Positions 18,930-28,275 of a stretch of 64,000 nt of DNA are shown here, piece after piece (the stretch's first letter is position 1; each line of letters begins with the position of its first letter). Source of the DNA: an uncultured virus (IMG/VR IMGVR_UViG_3300003601_000003) (taxonomy: Duplodnaviria; Heunggongvirae; Uroviricota; Caudoviricetes); the IMG/VR virus record IMGVR_UViG_3300003601_000003. The stretch is one strand, 5' to 3'. The notes beneath the pieces are model-generated. The model ran no database searches. It was not told where the DNA came from and saw only the letters and a program-made list of their open reading frames with translations. The translations under genes were made by a program, and so were the position numbers.

Positions 18930-19517
18930 ATGGCTCTACTTGGACAAGCTAGTGGTGGTTTTACAGAGTCAAGCTCTGCGTTGCGTATACTTCATGTTGG
19001 TGTGCGTAATACTGTAGGTCAACTACACAGCAGTGCTTTCACTCAGTCAAACCCCGTTTTTGGTGCTAATGCTACATCAGCACCAGGTCTTTTAACAAAT
19101 GTACTCGGAGTACTTAGCGGTTCTATCGCTTTTACTCGTGGTACTACTAACGAGCATGGTGGACCTTCAGTGGCAGCCGCTCCTGCTACTGAGCGTGTGC
19201 TTGGTGTTTTCATCAACAATGCTTCGGGCAATGCTTTTGAGAATCAACCAGGTGTTGCTTCTAACCGTGGCCCATATGTTTCTGCACAAGGTACTTTTGC
19301 GAACCTTCTGTATGAGACAGTAAATGTTGCTACCAATGCTGACATCACAGCAACTTATGTTCCTGGTGCTACATTGATTGCTTCTATCAATGGTTTCTTG
19401 ACCACCGCTGTAAATAATGCAAATCACGATCATACTGATAGTGCTACTACCATCGGTATTCTTAAAATCTCTCCCGACTCAACTTCTGATGAGTTGGTAT
19501 ACGACCAACGCATCTGA
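18930..19517 (+). CDS. putative head decoration / minor capsid protein
   Basis: Small-residue-rich beta-type protein immediately before the major capsid gene; own class-1 promoter. Confidence 0.55.
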   Translation: MALLGQASGGFTESSSALRILHVGVRNTVGQLHSSAFTQSNPVFGANATSAPGLLTNVLGVLSGSIAFTRGTTNEHGGPSVAAAPATERVLGVFINNASGNAFENQPGVASNRGPYVSAQGTFANLLYETVNVATNADITATYVPGATLIASINGFLTTAVNNANHDHTDSATTIGILKISPDSTSDELVYDQRI

Positions 19518-19539
19518 TAGAAAGGAAGAGTGATTTATT

Positions 19540-20418
19540 ATGAGTAATACAGTTGATAATGCCGTAAAACAGAAGATCATTTCTGACTACATTAAGACTC
19601 CTCAAGGTCGTGCGAAGCTCGCCGCTTCAATGACTCAACCTTTACGCCTTCGTAGAGATTACACCTCTGTTGGTCGCAAGACTTTCTTAGTCGAGCAACT
19701 TCCAGACGGTGCTTTACCTATCTACGACAAAGACCCAGATGTTACTGCATTTGTGGTTGGTGAAGAGGGTGAAAACATTCTTGCAATCACCAAACCTCGT
19801 AGGGTTATCTTCCCTCTTTTCGAGATTGCTTCAAATCCTGAGATTCCTTTGACTCAAATCAAAGAGCGTAGATTTGACCTTATCGAGAGGGCACAAGATT
19901 TAGCTCGTGCTCAAATCCAAGCGGCTGAAGACGAGCGTGTATTCGCTATTCTTGACGCAGTTGCGGCAAACGGATTTGATTCAGTTGCAGGTCAAACTAA
20001 CGCTGACCTTCCTGTTATCGCTCCTCTTAATGGTGCTGTTCTTGCTGACGCATTTAGCCTCATTGAGCGTCACGACCTTCGTGTTGCCCGTATCTTCATG
20101 AATGCTCGTGATTATGCTGACATCCGTAAGTTCGGTAGAGATATCCTCGACATCGAGAGCCAAGCGGCACTTCTCAAGACTGGTCTTCAGGCTACTCTTT
20201 GGGGTGCTCAGATCATCACTAGCCGTCTTGTTCCTGTTGGAACTGTTTATGTCTGCTGTGAGCCAGAAATGTTCGGTCGTATCCCTGTTCGTACAGAATT
20301 GACCGTTCTCTCTGCTGACGATCCAAAAGCTCGTACAATTGGTTTTTCAGTGTTCGAGAATTTGGGTATTGGTGCCTACAACCCTCGTGGTCTTGCTCGT
20401 CTTACAGTACAGCGTTAA
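19540..20418 (+). CDS. major capsid protein (HK97-like fold)
   Basis: Position after protease/scaffold/decoration genes, strongly biased codon usage, strong terminator; sequence pattern (LAASMTQPLR..RDY..VGRK, AQIQAAED, FMN..DY.DIR.F, LWGAQII.S..VP.GTVY) like capsid proteins of large phages. Confidence 0.75.
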   Translation: MSNTVDNAVKQKIISDYIKTPQGRAKLAASMTQPLRLRRDYTSVGRKTFLVEQLPDGALPIYDKDPDVTAFVVGEEGENILAITKPRRVIFPLFEIASNPEIPLTQIKERRFDLIERAQDLARAQIQAAEDERVFAILDAVAANGFDSVAGQTNADLPVIAPLNGAVLADAFSLIERHDLRVARIFMNARDYADIRKFGRDILDIESQAALLKTGLQATLWGAQIITSRLVPVGTVYVCCEPEMFGRIPVRTELTVLSADDPKARTIGFSVFENLGIGAYNPRGLARLTVQR

Positions 20419-20476
20419 TATCTAGTATATTCGCTTTACTTTCGCCTACTTAGGTAGGTGTAAGAGGTCATAGAAA

Positions 20477-20509
20477 GAACCTCATCTTCTTCGGAAGGTG
20501 GGGTTTTTT
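20477..20509 (+). terminator. intrinsic terminator after the major capsid gene
   Basis: gaacctcatcttc-ttcg-gaaggtggggttt stem with UUCG loop and T-tract. Confidence 0.85.
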
Positions 20510-20601
20510 CGTATCTAGGGTTCTTTTCTTTGGCTTAACTCACTCTCCTATGGTACAAGTCTTACACTCTTAAACACTAAGAACCACATAAGGAGTGTAA
20601 G

Positions 20602-21087
20602 ATGAACAACAATTTTGTTCCAGTTCCCACAGTAATGGAAGCCATGACAGGTTTCCTCTGTAGTAAGGCTTTTCTTATCTATCTAATTATATTTGGTGTT
20701 CTATTTTTTATATGGCTTTTTATCAAAAAAGAGAGGAGAGAAGAAGCTGATCTCTATCGAGCATTAGTGAGAGAAGTGAGAGAAAACCAAAATCTTAAGC
20801 GAAGACTAGGACAGACACCAAATGAAGAGCAAGATGATATGTACTCCAACGAGGTACTCACCTCGTCATATGATTTATGCGAATCATATACCAAAGATAT
20901 CAAATGGAGAAACGCAGGTCTCAGACATGATATAAAAATACTAAACATCGAGGATAAAGAGACACTATTGAAAGCGAAGGCTCTACTTTTGTACTTAACT
21001 ACCTCGGAGAAACAAACCCCACAATTTATTGAGGGTGTTCAGAAAACGCTCAAGGTTATTACGATCCTAGAAAAGAGTGTAAGATGA
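20602..21087 (+). CDS. membrane-anchored hypothetical protein
   Basis: Single TM helix (FLIYLIIFGVLFFIWLFI); AAGGAG RBS. Confidence 0.65.
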   Translation: MNNNFVPVPTVMEAMTGFLCSKAFLIYLIIFGVLFFIWLFIKKERREEADLYRALVREVRENQNLKRRLGQTPNEEQDDMYSNEVLTSSYDLCESYTKDIKWRNAGLRHDIKILNIEDKETLLKAKALLLYLTTSEKQTPQFIEGVQKTLKVITILEKSVR

Positions 21088-21995
21088 GAGCGATACCATG
21101 CCCTATATCTAAAGAGCGTTTTGAAGACCTCTATACTAAACAATACTTAACAGAGAAGCAGATTAACGAGTTGTTGATTTCTGAGGGTATTGACTCAAGC
21201 ATGAAGCGTATTGGTAGTTGGAGACTACGCTATGGGATTGAAACGGTATCTAAGTTTGATCGTCTTGAGCTACCAAAGATTGAGGGGGAGTTAAGATCAA
21301 TCCTTATTGGTTCTATGCTAGGTGACGGTCGTATTGTTTTTCGTACTAACGCTTCACACTATGAGGAACGACACGCACCCAATCAGAAAGAGTATCTTGA
21401 GTGGAAGCAAGAGAAGTGGGGCGTGTGGTCATCTGGAGATTTAGCAGTAGCGATGAGTAGGGAGTTCCCTAGTTATATCTTTCGCACCCACGCTCACCCT
21501 ATGCTAAATGAGTATCGAGACTTGTTCTATGAGGAGAGGGATAAGGGGTGGAAAGTTGTTAAGTCTGATGTTATAGACCAAGTAGATGAGTTAGCTTTGG
21601 CTATGTGGTATCTCGATGATGGTCATGCAGGACATTGGCCTATGATTTGTTTTGGGGCAAAACAGGGGAGTCGAGCTAACGCTTACTTAATCTTTGAGAA
21701 GTTTGGTTTAGCCCCTAACTGGACACATAAAAAAGGGGAGACAGGAGAGTTCCACTTTAAGGGTGAGAACGCTTATCGTTTCATTGAGATCATTAAGCCT
21801 CATGTACCCGATTGTATGTCTTACAAGTTGGACTTTGGTTTTCAAGGTCGTAACAATGCTATCAAGAAAAAGATGGACAAAGGCATCTTAGAGGACTTAA
21901 GGAGTAAGGGGTGGGGTAAGCGTAGGATAGCTAGGTATCTTGATGTAGGGGCGAGTACAGTGGGTCGTTGGATGGTTAAGTTTGGAGTGGAGTGA
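21084..21995 (+). CDS. free-standing LAGLIDADG homing endonuclease with terminal HTH segments
   Basis: Two LAGLIDADG-type helices: ILIGSMLGDG and ALAMWYLDDG; C-terminal RRIARYLDVGASTVGRW HTH. Confidence 0.85.
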   Translation: MRAIPCPISKERFEDLYTKQYLTEKQINELLISEGIDSSMKRIGSWRLRYGIETVSKFDRLELPKIEGELRSILIGSMLGDGRIVFRTNASHYEERHAPNQKEYLEWKQEKWGVWSSGDLAVAMSREFPSYIFRTHAHPMLNEYRDLFYEERDKGWKVVKSDVIDQVDELALAMWYLDDGHAGHWPMICFGAKQGSRANAYLIFEKFGLAPNWTHKKGETGEFHFKGENAYRFIEIIKPHVPDCMSYKLDFGFQGRNNAIKKKMDKGILEDLRSKGWGKRRIARYLDVGASTVGRWMVKFGVE

Positions 21996-22066
21996 GGACT
22001 TTGATAGTTTATTTATAATAGATCTTAAGTGATCTCTTTAACCAAGAATCCAAATGGAGAAACATT

Positions 22067-22381
22067 ATGCGTAGATCAGCATCAGAAATCATCAATAACC
22101 TTGAGAATAGGGTTGCACGACTTGAATCAAGTTCTAACCCTCGTCAAGCTAAAGATGCTTATGATATTTGGAGAAGGAAAGTAGATCAGTACATCATTAA
22201 GGAAATGCGGGTCACTTTTGAATACGAAACAAAAGACGGTGAACACTCCGAAGACTATATAAACAGTCTTTGGCAAGATGGAGTTAAGCCATCACGAGCC
22301 TCCAAAAATATCATGCAGAAATTTCAATGGTTAAAGTCAGCGGGTATGCTAAAGCATCATAAATATTATGATGCTATTTGA
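22067..22381 (+). CDS. MRRSASE-leader cassette protein, unknown payload
   Basis: Full conserved upstream block plus leader MRRSASEIINNLENRVARLE. Confidence 0.8.
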   Translation: MRRSASEIINNLENRVARLESSSNPRQAKDAYDIWRRKVDQYIIKEMRVTFEYETKDGEHSEDYINSLWQDGVKPSRASKNIMQKFQWLKSAGMLKHHKYYDAI

Positions 22382-22510
22382 ATGGTTATTGAAAGGGATC
22401 TAGGGATTTGATGTAGGGGCGAGTACAGTGAGTCGTTGGATGGTTAAGTTTGGGGTGGATTGATTTGTAGTTTATTTATTAGTGTCTATTATCCATAAAG
22501 GAGAGACACC

Positions 22511-23041
22511 ATGAGACTTACTATCGCTTTACTCTTATCTGTCTTGCTCACCTCTACGATTTCTCACGCTGAAGAGAATAACTGGGAAGTGAGTCTAGGC
22601 ACAACGCAAATGTTCATCGGTGGGTACGAAGAGGGTTCAATACCTGTACCTACGAACTCTGCCACATTCATCTTATCTCGTAAGATGTATGAGAGCTTTG
22701 CATTATGGGTTGTGTTCAATCTACCTACCTCCTCTAACAAAAGGTTTACAGAGGAAGGTTTACTTGTAGAGTCTCAGACACCACCTAGTCTTATGCTAGG
22801 TGCGAGTTATGAGTTATTGGGCTATGAGATCTCCGACAAGAAATCTTTAGGTCTTGATGTTGGTGCTTCAGTCGGACACACGATTACGCTTAATGGTCAG
22901 TTCTTCCCTGTGGGTGCGTTTCGTTTGAAGTTCGTTAAAGACGAGGACAGCACTATGTATGCAGGGGTGACAACCTCACCATATAATCCAGATGGTGATT
23001 TGGTTTGGGGTTTGATCTATGGCATGGGGTATAGATTTTAA
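22511..23041 (+). CDS. putative outer-membrane beta-barrel protein
   Basis: Cleavable signal peptide (…TISHA|EE), alternating amphipathic strands, C-terminal YGMGYRF beta-signal. Confidence 0.65.
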   Translation: MRLTIALLLSVLLTSTISHAEENNWEVSLGTTQMFIGGYEEGSIPVPTNSATFILSRKMYESFALWVVFNLPTSSNKRFTEEGLLVESQTPPSLMLGASYELLGYEISDKKSLGLDVGASVGHTITLNGQFFPVGAFRLKFVKDEDSTMYAGVTTSPYNPDGDLVWGLIYGMGYRF

Positions 23042-23150
23042 TGTGAGTGCGAGTACAGTGGGTCGTTGGATGGTTAAGTTTGAGGTTTTGTAGTTTCTTT
23101 ATAATAGATCTTAAGTGATCTCTTTAACCTTAATCAAATGGAGAACCATT

Positions 23151-23630
23151 ATGAGAAGATCTGCATCAGAAATCATTAATAACCTTGAGACTCGTATCGC
23201 AAGACTTGAAAGACAAGCATATCACCCTGATGACCCACGATCACAAGAGATGGGTGGTTATAGAGAGCCTGCGGGGGGAGAGTGGCATGAGCCTGAGATT
23301 CTTACTGGAAAAAAGTTTCTCAGGTGGTTACAAAATGATCGGGAGATCAAATCCCATTTAAATAAGAGCGTGTTTATAGATGTTTCTTCATCTACTATCA
23401 CCTTTGACACATCTTGGTGGTCAAAATATACAAGAAATGGTAATACCTTGGATGGGATTCTATACAGCATTTGGGACAATCCTATGTTGGGGCGGGATTG
23501 GAAGATAAGAGGGAGAAATGTGACTATCAAGGGTTTGTGGGGAGACCTTGTGTACGGGGAGGGTGATATTTATGCACAAGAAACCTTTACCATCAAGAAG
23601 AGTCGTGGTTCTATCGTTTTAAAGGCATAG
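23151..23630 (+). CDS. MRRSASE-leader cassette protein, unknown payload
   Basis: Conserved upstream block; start reassigned to the leader ATG at 23151. Confidence 0.8.
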   Translation: MRRSASEIINNLETRIARLERQAYHPDDPRSQEMGGYREPAGGEWHEPEILTGKKFLRWLQNDREIKSHLNKSVFIDVSSSTITFDTSWWSKYTRNGNTLDGILYSIWDNPMLGRDWKIRGRNVTIKGLWGDLVYGEGDIYAQETFTIKKSRGSIVLKA

Positions 23631-23815
23631 TCTATCTGTGGCCTTAATTAAGTTATCATCTCTGATGATGTTTTAAACAAAGATGAGAGACAAAAGGTTT
23701 ACACTTAGCCACAAGTGGGGAGTTTTTGTTCCTAGTGGAAGATAGATTTGAATAAGTTTAATAGTTTGTTTATATACCTTTTCTTGAACACACTTAACAA
23801 AGAAGGATATTCATT

Positions 23816-24181
23816 ATGAGAAACTTACTCACAATCGCACTTATTGCTCTTACCTTTATTGCTTGCGACAAGGATAAAGAAGAAACCACACCTAACGATG
23901 GTGGTATGGAAGCTGGGGCTACCGCAGGATCAGAGGCAGGATCTGAAGCAGGAACTGAAGCAGGGTCTGATGCAGGAACTGAAGCAGGGACAGAAATGGA
24001 CATGATGGTTATGGGTGGTTCTGAAGAGACTACAGACATGGAAATTACTGAAGGTGGTACTGAGTCTGATATGGGTATGGACGAAGCGGGTATGGAATCT
24101 ACGGACATGGAAGTAGTTGAGGGTGGTTCAGATGAATCTACGGATATGGGATCTGATACCGAAGCTGGAACTGAGGGCTAG
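23816..24181 (+). CDS. acidic low-complexity lipoprotein
   Basis: Lipobox-like LTFIA|C after a hydrophobic core; (G)[ST]EAG and TDME repeats. Confidence 0.7.
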   Translation: MRNLLTIALIALTFIACDKDKEETTPNDGGMEAGATAGSEAGSEAGTEAGSDAGTEAGTEMDMMVMGGSEETTDMEITEGGTESDMGMDEAGMESTDMEVVEGGSDESTDMGSDTEAGTEG

Positions 24182-24220
24182 TAGTCTTGCTCGTCTAAAT
24201 GGTCTTTAAGATCTTAGAAT

Positions 24221-24253
24221 GAACCTCATTTCCCTTTGGGATTTGGGGTTTTT
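24221..24253 (+). terminator. putative intrinsic terminator
   Basis: gaacctca...tccc-ttt-ggga...tggggttttt; arms similar to the capsid terminator. Confidence 0.6.
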
Positions 24254-24322
24254 CCGTTTATAGTTTGTTTATAAGTGATCTTAAGTGATCTCATTAACCT
24301 TAAACAAAATGGAGAAACCATT

Positions 24323-24757
24323 ATGAGAAGATCAGCATCAGAAATTATTAGAGGACTTGAGAATAGGGTTGCACGACTTGAAAGACAATCCTCAACCAAC
24401 CGTAGGGCTAGAAAGTACGGGAAAGCGATCACAGACGCTGTTCGGATGCTTAAGAAAGAGGTGGGCGATGCAGATGCGTCTGAGATTGAAGTGGTGGTGG
24501 TAGAGCTAGTCCATTATAAATTTGAGGATCTGCTTAGAGAGATCGAGGACAGAGGTCCTAATGCTGAAGAGTACTATGAAAATGAAGTTGTAAATAAGTA
24601 CCCAGCACTGGTCAAAGCAGGTATTCTATCCGCTGAAATATGGATACAACATCCCAAAATAATCCGAGACCGATACAGGTTGAAAAACTTAAAGGAAGTT
24701 AATCTCTTCGCTGAGTGCATTGGGTCAAGAAAATTGGCTGAGGGGCTCAGTTTCTGA
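24323..24757 (+). CDS. MRRSASE-leader cassette protein, unknown payload
   Basis: Conserved upstream block; leader ATG at 24323. Confidence 0.8.
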   Translation: MRRSASEIIRGLENRVARLERQSSTNRRARKYGKAITDAVRMLKKEVGDADASEIEVVVVELVHYKFEDLLREIEDRGPNAEEYYENEVVNKYPALVKAGILSAEIWIQHPKIIRDRYRLKNLKEVNLFAECIGSRKLAEGLSF

Positions 24758-24824
24758 TCCCTATTTAATCTTACAAGATGGGGTCTAAGTTAAGGGATAA
24801 GATGCTGTTTGGGGTAGAGTGAGG

Positions 24825-25946
24825 TTAATGGTCGATCCCTTGTTCACATAAAGGACAAGTATCTCCAATCTCGCACCTAATAGTATCAAGCTCCTCTGTG
24901 AGCCTTTCTACCTCTTGTTCGGTGCAAGATATACGACTGAATAGATCAAAGCGTTCAGAAGCGATTCTGAGGTCTTTTTCGACTTGCGAATCTACATTAG
25001 GTAAGTCTACATTAAGTTGTGTGATTTGTAAGATGGTTTGATCTAATTGATTTCTTTTGTGCAAGACCCGCTCAAGTGGTGCAGGGTCTTTCACCTCTAC
25101 ATCTGGGATAGGTGGGAATGAGGTTAAGCCAACCTCTACGATACCTTCCATGATCCTTAGTCTGTTCTTTTCTATACGAACACGCTCAAGGTCTTTAATC
25201 CCCATAAAGTCATGTGGGTTCACTTGTGGGAATTTTACATTTTGCAAGGTGGATACGAACTGTGTTTGAAACATAAAGATTTCTCTCTTTTCTTTGATTG
25301 CCCCTAGCTTTTTAACTCTTTCTTCAAGAGTCTTAATCGACCCCTCAAGTGTACTTATATGATTGATCGTTTCCCCTACTTCGTCCAACTCGTTAAACTT
25401 AGGTAAACGATCCCGCTCAGATACTAAATCTTCATGCTTTACTTTAATGCGTTGATTAAGGTTCTTAGTTTCGTTCCTAGAGAGACTTGACGCTTTCTCT
25501 AGGGCTTCTATTGTCTTTACATCAGATAAAGCACTAGAGAGGACACTAGGTGGCATATCAAGCAAGAAGATTTGTTCAAACTGTCGAGCGATCTGAGGCC
25601 ATACAGTTTTTCCATCGACATCTACCGAAACAATGTTCAAGTCATCAAGTTCATCGGGAGTTTTTGACCCTACTTTATCTAACTTTTGTCCGTTGATCTC
25701 ATATTTATTAACCCCTTTACCCTTTTCCCAAATTACCGAGTTGCCATCATCAAAGTTGATGGAGACTTTTGATGACTTTTCACCTTGCCTTACATGAGAA
25801 TATCCCCTTGCATTAGAGAAAGCACCTGCTATGGCTCTTGCACAAGCAGACTTACCTGTATTATTAGCCCCTGTAATAACAGTAAGACCTTTAACTTCAA
25901 AGTCAGCGTGTTTGATAGATTGGTAGTTTTCTATTTTGACTTGCAT
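24825..25946 (-). CDS. SbcC/Rad50-like (gp46-like) ATPase, N-terminal half ending at a CxxC hook
   Basis: IENYQSI...ITGANNTGKS Walker A; coiled coil; CPLC at the C-terminus; no Walker B/signature half in this ORF. Confidence 0.75.
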   Translation of the reverse strand: MQVKIENYQSIKHADFEVKGLTVITGANNTGKSACARAIAGAFSNARGYSHVRQGEKSSKVSINFDDGNSVIWEKGKGVNKYEINGQKLDKVGSKTPDELDDLNIVSVDVDGKTVWPQIARQFEQIFLLDMPPSVLSSALSDVKTIEALEKASSLSRNETKNLNQRIKVKHEDLVSERDRLPKFNELDEVGETINHISTLEGSIKTLEERVKKLGAIKEKREIFMFQTQFVSTLQNVKFPQVNPHDFMGIKDLERVRIEKNRLRIMEGIVEVGLTSFPPIPDVEVKDPAPLERVLHKRNQLDQTILQITQLNVDLPNVDSQVEKDLRIASERFDLFSRISCTEQEVERLTEELDTIRCEIGDTCPLCEQGIDH

Positions 25947-26047
25947 GGTGTCTTGTCTCCCATTCCCTTTATATGAATGATACCGAGTTTAGGTTTTTGT
26001 AACCCCTTAAATATACCCTTATGTAACTCTTGAAAGGAGACTAAGAC

Positions 26048-26272
26048 ATGACAGATCAAAAGGCACAACAACTAAGGGATGCATACAATAAGTTCGTTGA
26101 CCACCCCGATGGTCATTGGAAAGGTTCTGCCATTGCAGTGGTCAACCAAGCTCAGAGATCAATCGTTCGGGAAGCGATGGACTTTATGGGTTCAATCGTT
26201 GACCAAGAGTTAGAACTGAGTGATGGTAATATTGCTCTTTACAGTAAAGGATATTGGGCACATGGATTTTGA
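26048..26272 (+). CDS. hypothetical protein (putative early gene)
   Basis: Class-2 promoter and AAAGGAGA RBS. Confidence 0.65.
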   Translation: MTDQKAQQLRDAYNKFVDHPDGHWKGSAIAVVNQAQRSIVREAMDFMGSIVDQELELSDGNIALYSKGYWAHGF

Positions 26273-26492
26273 GGTATATAAACTAACCGATGCTGAACTT
26301 GGGGCAGTAGACTTTTGTAGAGGTCGCTACCTATGGGCTGACATCGTAGCTCAAAACTTAGAGGGTGATACGCTTACCCTAGATAACATGACTCAACATG
26401 AGATGAATGAGGCTATTGAGGTAGAGGGCATTCCTCTCTTAGATGATCGCACTGATCTTTTTCGAGGACTTATCTCTCTTGAGCCTGTGTGA
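26220..26492 (+). CDS. hypothetical protein
   Basis: ORF overlapping the previous gene; real start probably the downstream MDFEV. Confidence 0.5.
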   Translation: MMVILLFTVKDIGHMDFEVYKLTDAELGAVDFCRGRYLWADIVAQNLEGDTLTLDNMTQHEMNEAIEVEGIPLLDDRTDLFRGLISLEPV

Positions 26493-26560
26493 ACTTTAAT
26501 AGTTTATTTATAGATTCTCATAGGAGTCTCTTTAACCTTAACTTGAATGGAGAAACCATC

Positions 26561-26935
26561 ATGAGAAGATCAGCTAGTGAAATCATCCGTAACCTTGAGG
26601 GTCGTATTGCTCGTCTTGAAAAATCGGCTCGTCCGAATGACATAGGTATACATAAAGTAGTCAACAAATTGGCATATATACATCAATTTTCTTCGGGGTC
26701 CATGGTTCTATCTGTGCCTAGTAGAAATGCTGACGAAGTGGTAAGGGCAATCAAGGAGATTGGTGTGGGAGCAGAGAATCCATTTGAGGAAAACGATATC
26801 ACTTATAAGAAAGATAATAAAGGACACATGGTTACATTCACTGTTTCATCACCCGAATGGTTAAGAACACATGATGTGGTTCTAAGCCTAAAACTAGATG
26901 GTTTTTTCCTAGTGTCTCACGATGACTTTAGATGA
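26561..26935 (+). CDS. MRRSASE-leader cassette protein, unknown payload
   Basis: Conserved upstream block; leader ATG at 26561. Confidence 0.8.
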   Translation: MRRSASEIIRNLEGRIARLEKSARPNDIGIHKVVNKLAYIHQFSSGSMVLSVPSRNADEVVRAIKEIGVGAENPFEENDITYKKDNKGHMVTFTVSSPEWLRTHDVVLSLKLDGFFLVSHDDFR

Positions 26936-27060
26936 GGGGATGTCTGAAACTCCAATTCAGAACCAGGAATCTCTTGTTGGTAGAGGTTATCTGATCTAAG
27001 AGTCTTAAACCTCCTCTAAATAGTATAAGGGTACATATACCCTATATGAGAGGAGAGAAG

Positions 27061-28254
27061 ATGTCATTAGACACGAAGTATAGACCTAGAACATACAGCG
27101 ATGTGCTAGGTCAAAAGGCTACCATCCAAACGCTCAAAGGCTTTATTAAGTCAGATGCAGGTTGGAGGCAGTCTTACCTATTCGCTGGCCCTTATGGTTC
27201 GGGCAAAACTACACTGGGTCGGATCATGGCTCGTGCTTTATTATGTGAGTCGCCTGTTGAGGGTGTGCCTTGTGATGAATGTCATTCATGTAAAGCTATG
27301 CTTGTTGGTAGCCATGACTCATTTATCGAAGTGGATGCGGCTACCAACAGTGGGAAAGCAGATGTAAAGAAGCTACTCGAAGAGCTAGGTTATTCTTCCT
27401 TTTCGGGTAATAAGAAGCTCTACCTCTTTGACGAAAGTCACCAGCTAAGTCGGGATGCACTGGATGCTCTCTTAAAACCGATGGAGGAGAATGATCGAGG
27501 TAGCTTTGATAAGAAGCTCGTCTGTATCTTCGCCACCACTGAACCAGAGAAGATGAGAAAGACGGTATTAAGTCGGTGTGCTCCTGCTTTTATCATTCGT
27601 CATGTGGATTCAGAAGAAATCGCTGATCGTTTACAAAAGGTTTGTGAGTGTGAGGGATTCGAGTATGAGCGTGAAGCATTGGTCTTAATAGCTGACTTTA
27701 CAGAGGGGCATATTCGAGATGCTTTAAAAGCGATTGAGGGTGTTGCTTCCTCAAATGAAGGCAAGGTGGGTCTACTAGGTGTAAGGTCTTATCTTCATGT
27801 GGATCGCAATGATGTAATCTGTCAGCTATTATTGAGTGATAACTCTAAGTCCTTAAGCCTAGTAGATGAGTTATTACAGTCTACCCCTGTGGGTATTGCT
27901 TATGACAGGTTGCAATCAGCGTGTATGTTTGCGATTTCTCTTGGGATGAAAGCGGGCGTACCTCCACCATATTGGAACAGACCTCTTTTACAAGAGATAT
28001 GGGATAGGTATGGTATGCCTTTGTTAAGCCTCGCAGACAGTTTAGCGAGTCGCCCGATCAGACCAACAGGAGGTATGTTTAAGTGCGATTTATTGAAATG
28101 GAAGATTGGGGGTATCCAAACCATACAAGTGACTCAAACTTTAGTAGAGAAAAAATCCCTTGTTTCAGAGCCTCAAGTGAATAATACACGATTAAAGAGC
28201 CAACTTTCGTTGTCTGAGTTTAGTAAGATGGTAAAAAGAATGGTATCTATCTAA
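27061..28254 (+). CDS. dnaX: DNA polymerase III gamma/tau-like clamp loader subunit
   Basis: KYRP.T..DV.GQ, YLFAGPYGSGKTT..RI.A..L.C, PC..C..C, EVDAA, DESH.LS, ATTEPEK...TVLSRC, GHIRDAL. Confidence 0.9.
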   Translation: MSLDTKYRPRTYSDVLGQKATIQTLKGFIKSDAGWRQSYLFAGPYGSGKTTLGRIMARALLCESPVEGVPCDECHSCKAMLVGSHDSFIEVDAATNSGKADVKKLLEELGYSSFSGNKKLYLFDESHQLSRDALDALLKPMEENDRGSFDKKLVCIFATTEPEKMRKTVLSRCAPAFIIRHVDSEEIADRLQKVCECEGFEYEREALVLIADFTEGHIRDALKAIEGVASSNEGKVGLLGVRSYLHVDRNDVICQLLLSDNSKSLSLVDELLQSTPVGIAYDRLQSACMFAISLGMKAGVPPPYWNRPLLQEIWDRYGMPLLSLADSLASRPIRPTGGMFKCDLLKWKIGGIQTIQVTQTLVEKKSLVSEPQVNNTRLKSQLSLSEFSKMVKRMVSI

Positions 28255-28275
28255 AACCATTCTTTTTACTGTGAG

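Larger units (their letters stand above)
21941..23082 (+). repeat. three direct copies of the endonuclease 3' end (21941-21995, 22409-22463, 23049-23082) separating single-gene cassettes
   Basis: Core gcgagtacagtg(g/a)gtcgttggatggttaagtttg is present three times, each followed within about 10 bp by TAGTTTNTTTAT. Confidence 0.95.

Noticed and set aside
19540..20418. Encapsulin nanocompartment with Dps-like cargo
   Set aside because: Context (protease, scaffold, decoration gene, terminase, lysis amidase) indicates a phage capsid, and the Dps-domain gene is about 15 kb away
21941..23082. CRISPR array
   Set aside because: Repeats are separated by 400-600 bp containing whole genes, derive from a coding 3' end, and no cas genes are present
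23115..23150. N-terminal extensions on leader genes given by the ORF track (also 24275, 26489, 53481, 55018)
   Set aside because: They translate the conserved promoter/RBS block; the ATGGAGA Shine-Dalgarno positions the start at MRRS/MRKS
23794..24108. Antisense and alternate-frame ORFs such as this one, 39763-40302 (full length), 40488-40967 and many 60-140 aa ORFs inside long genes
   Set aside because: Shadow ORFs of biased-codon or repetitive genes; no RBS or promoter motif and no recognisable domains
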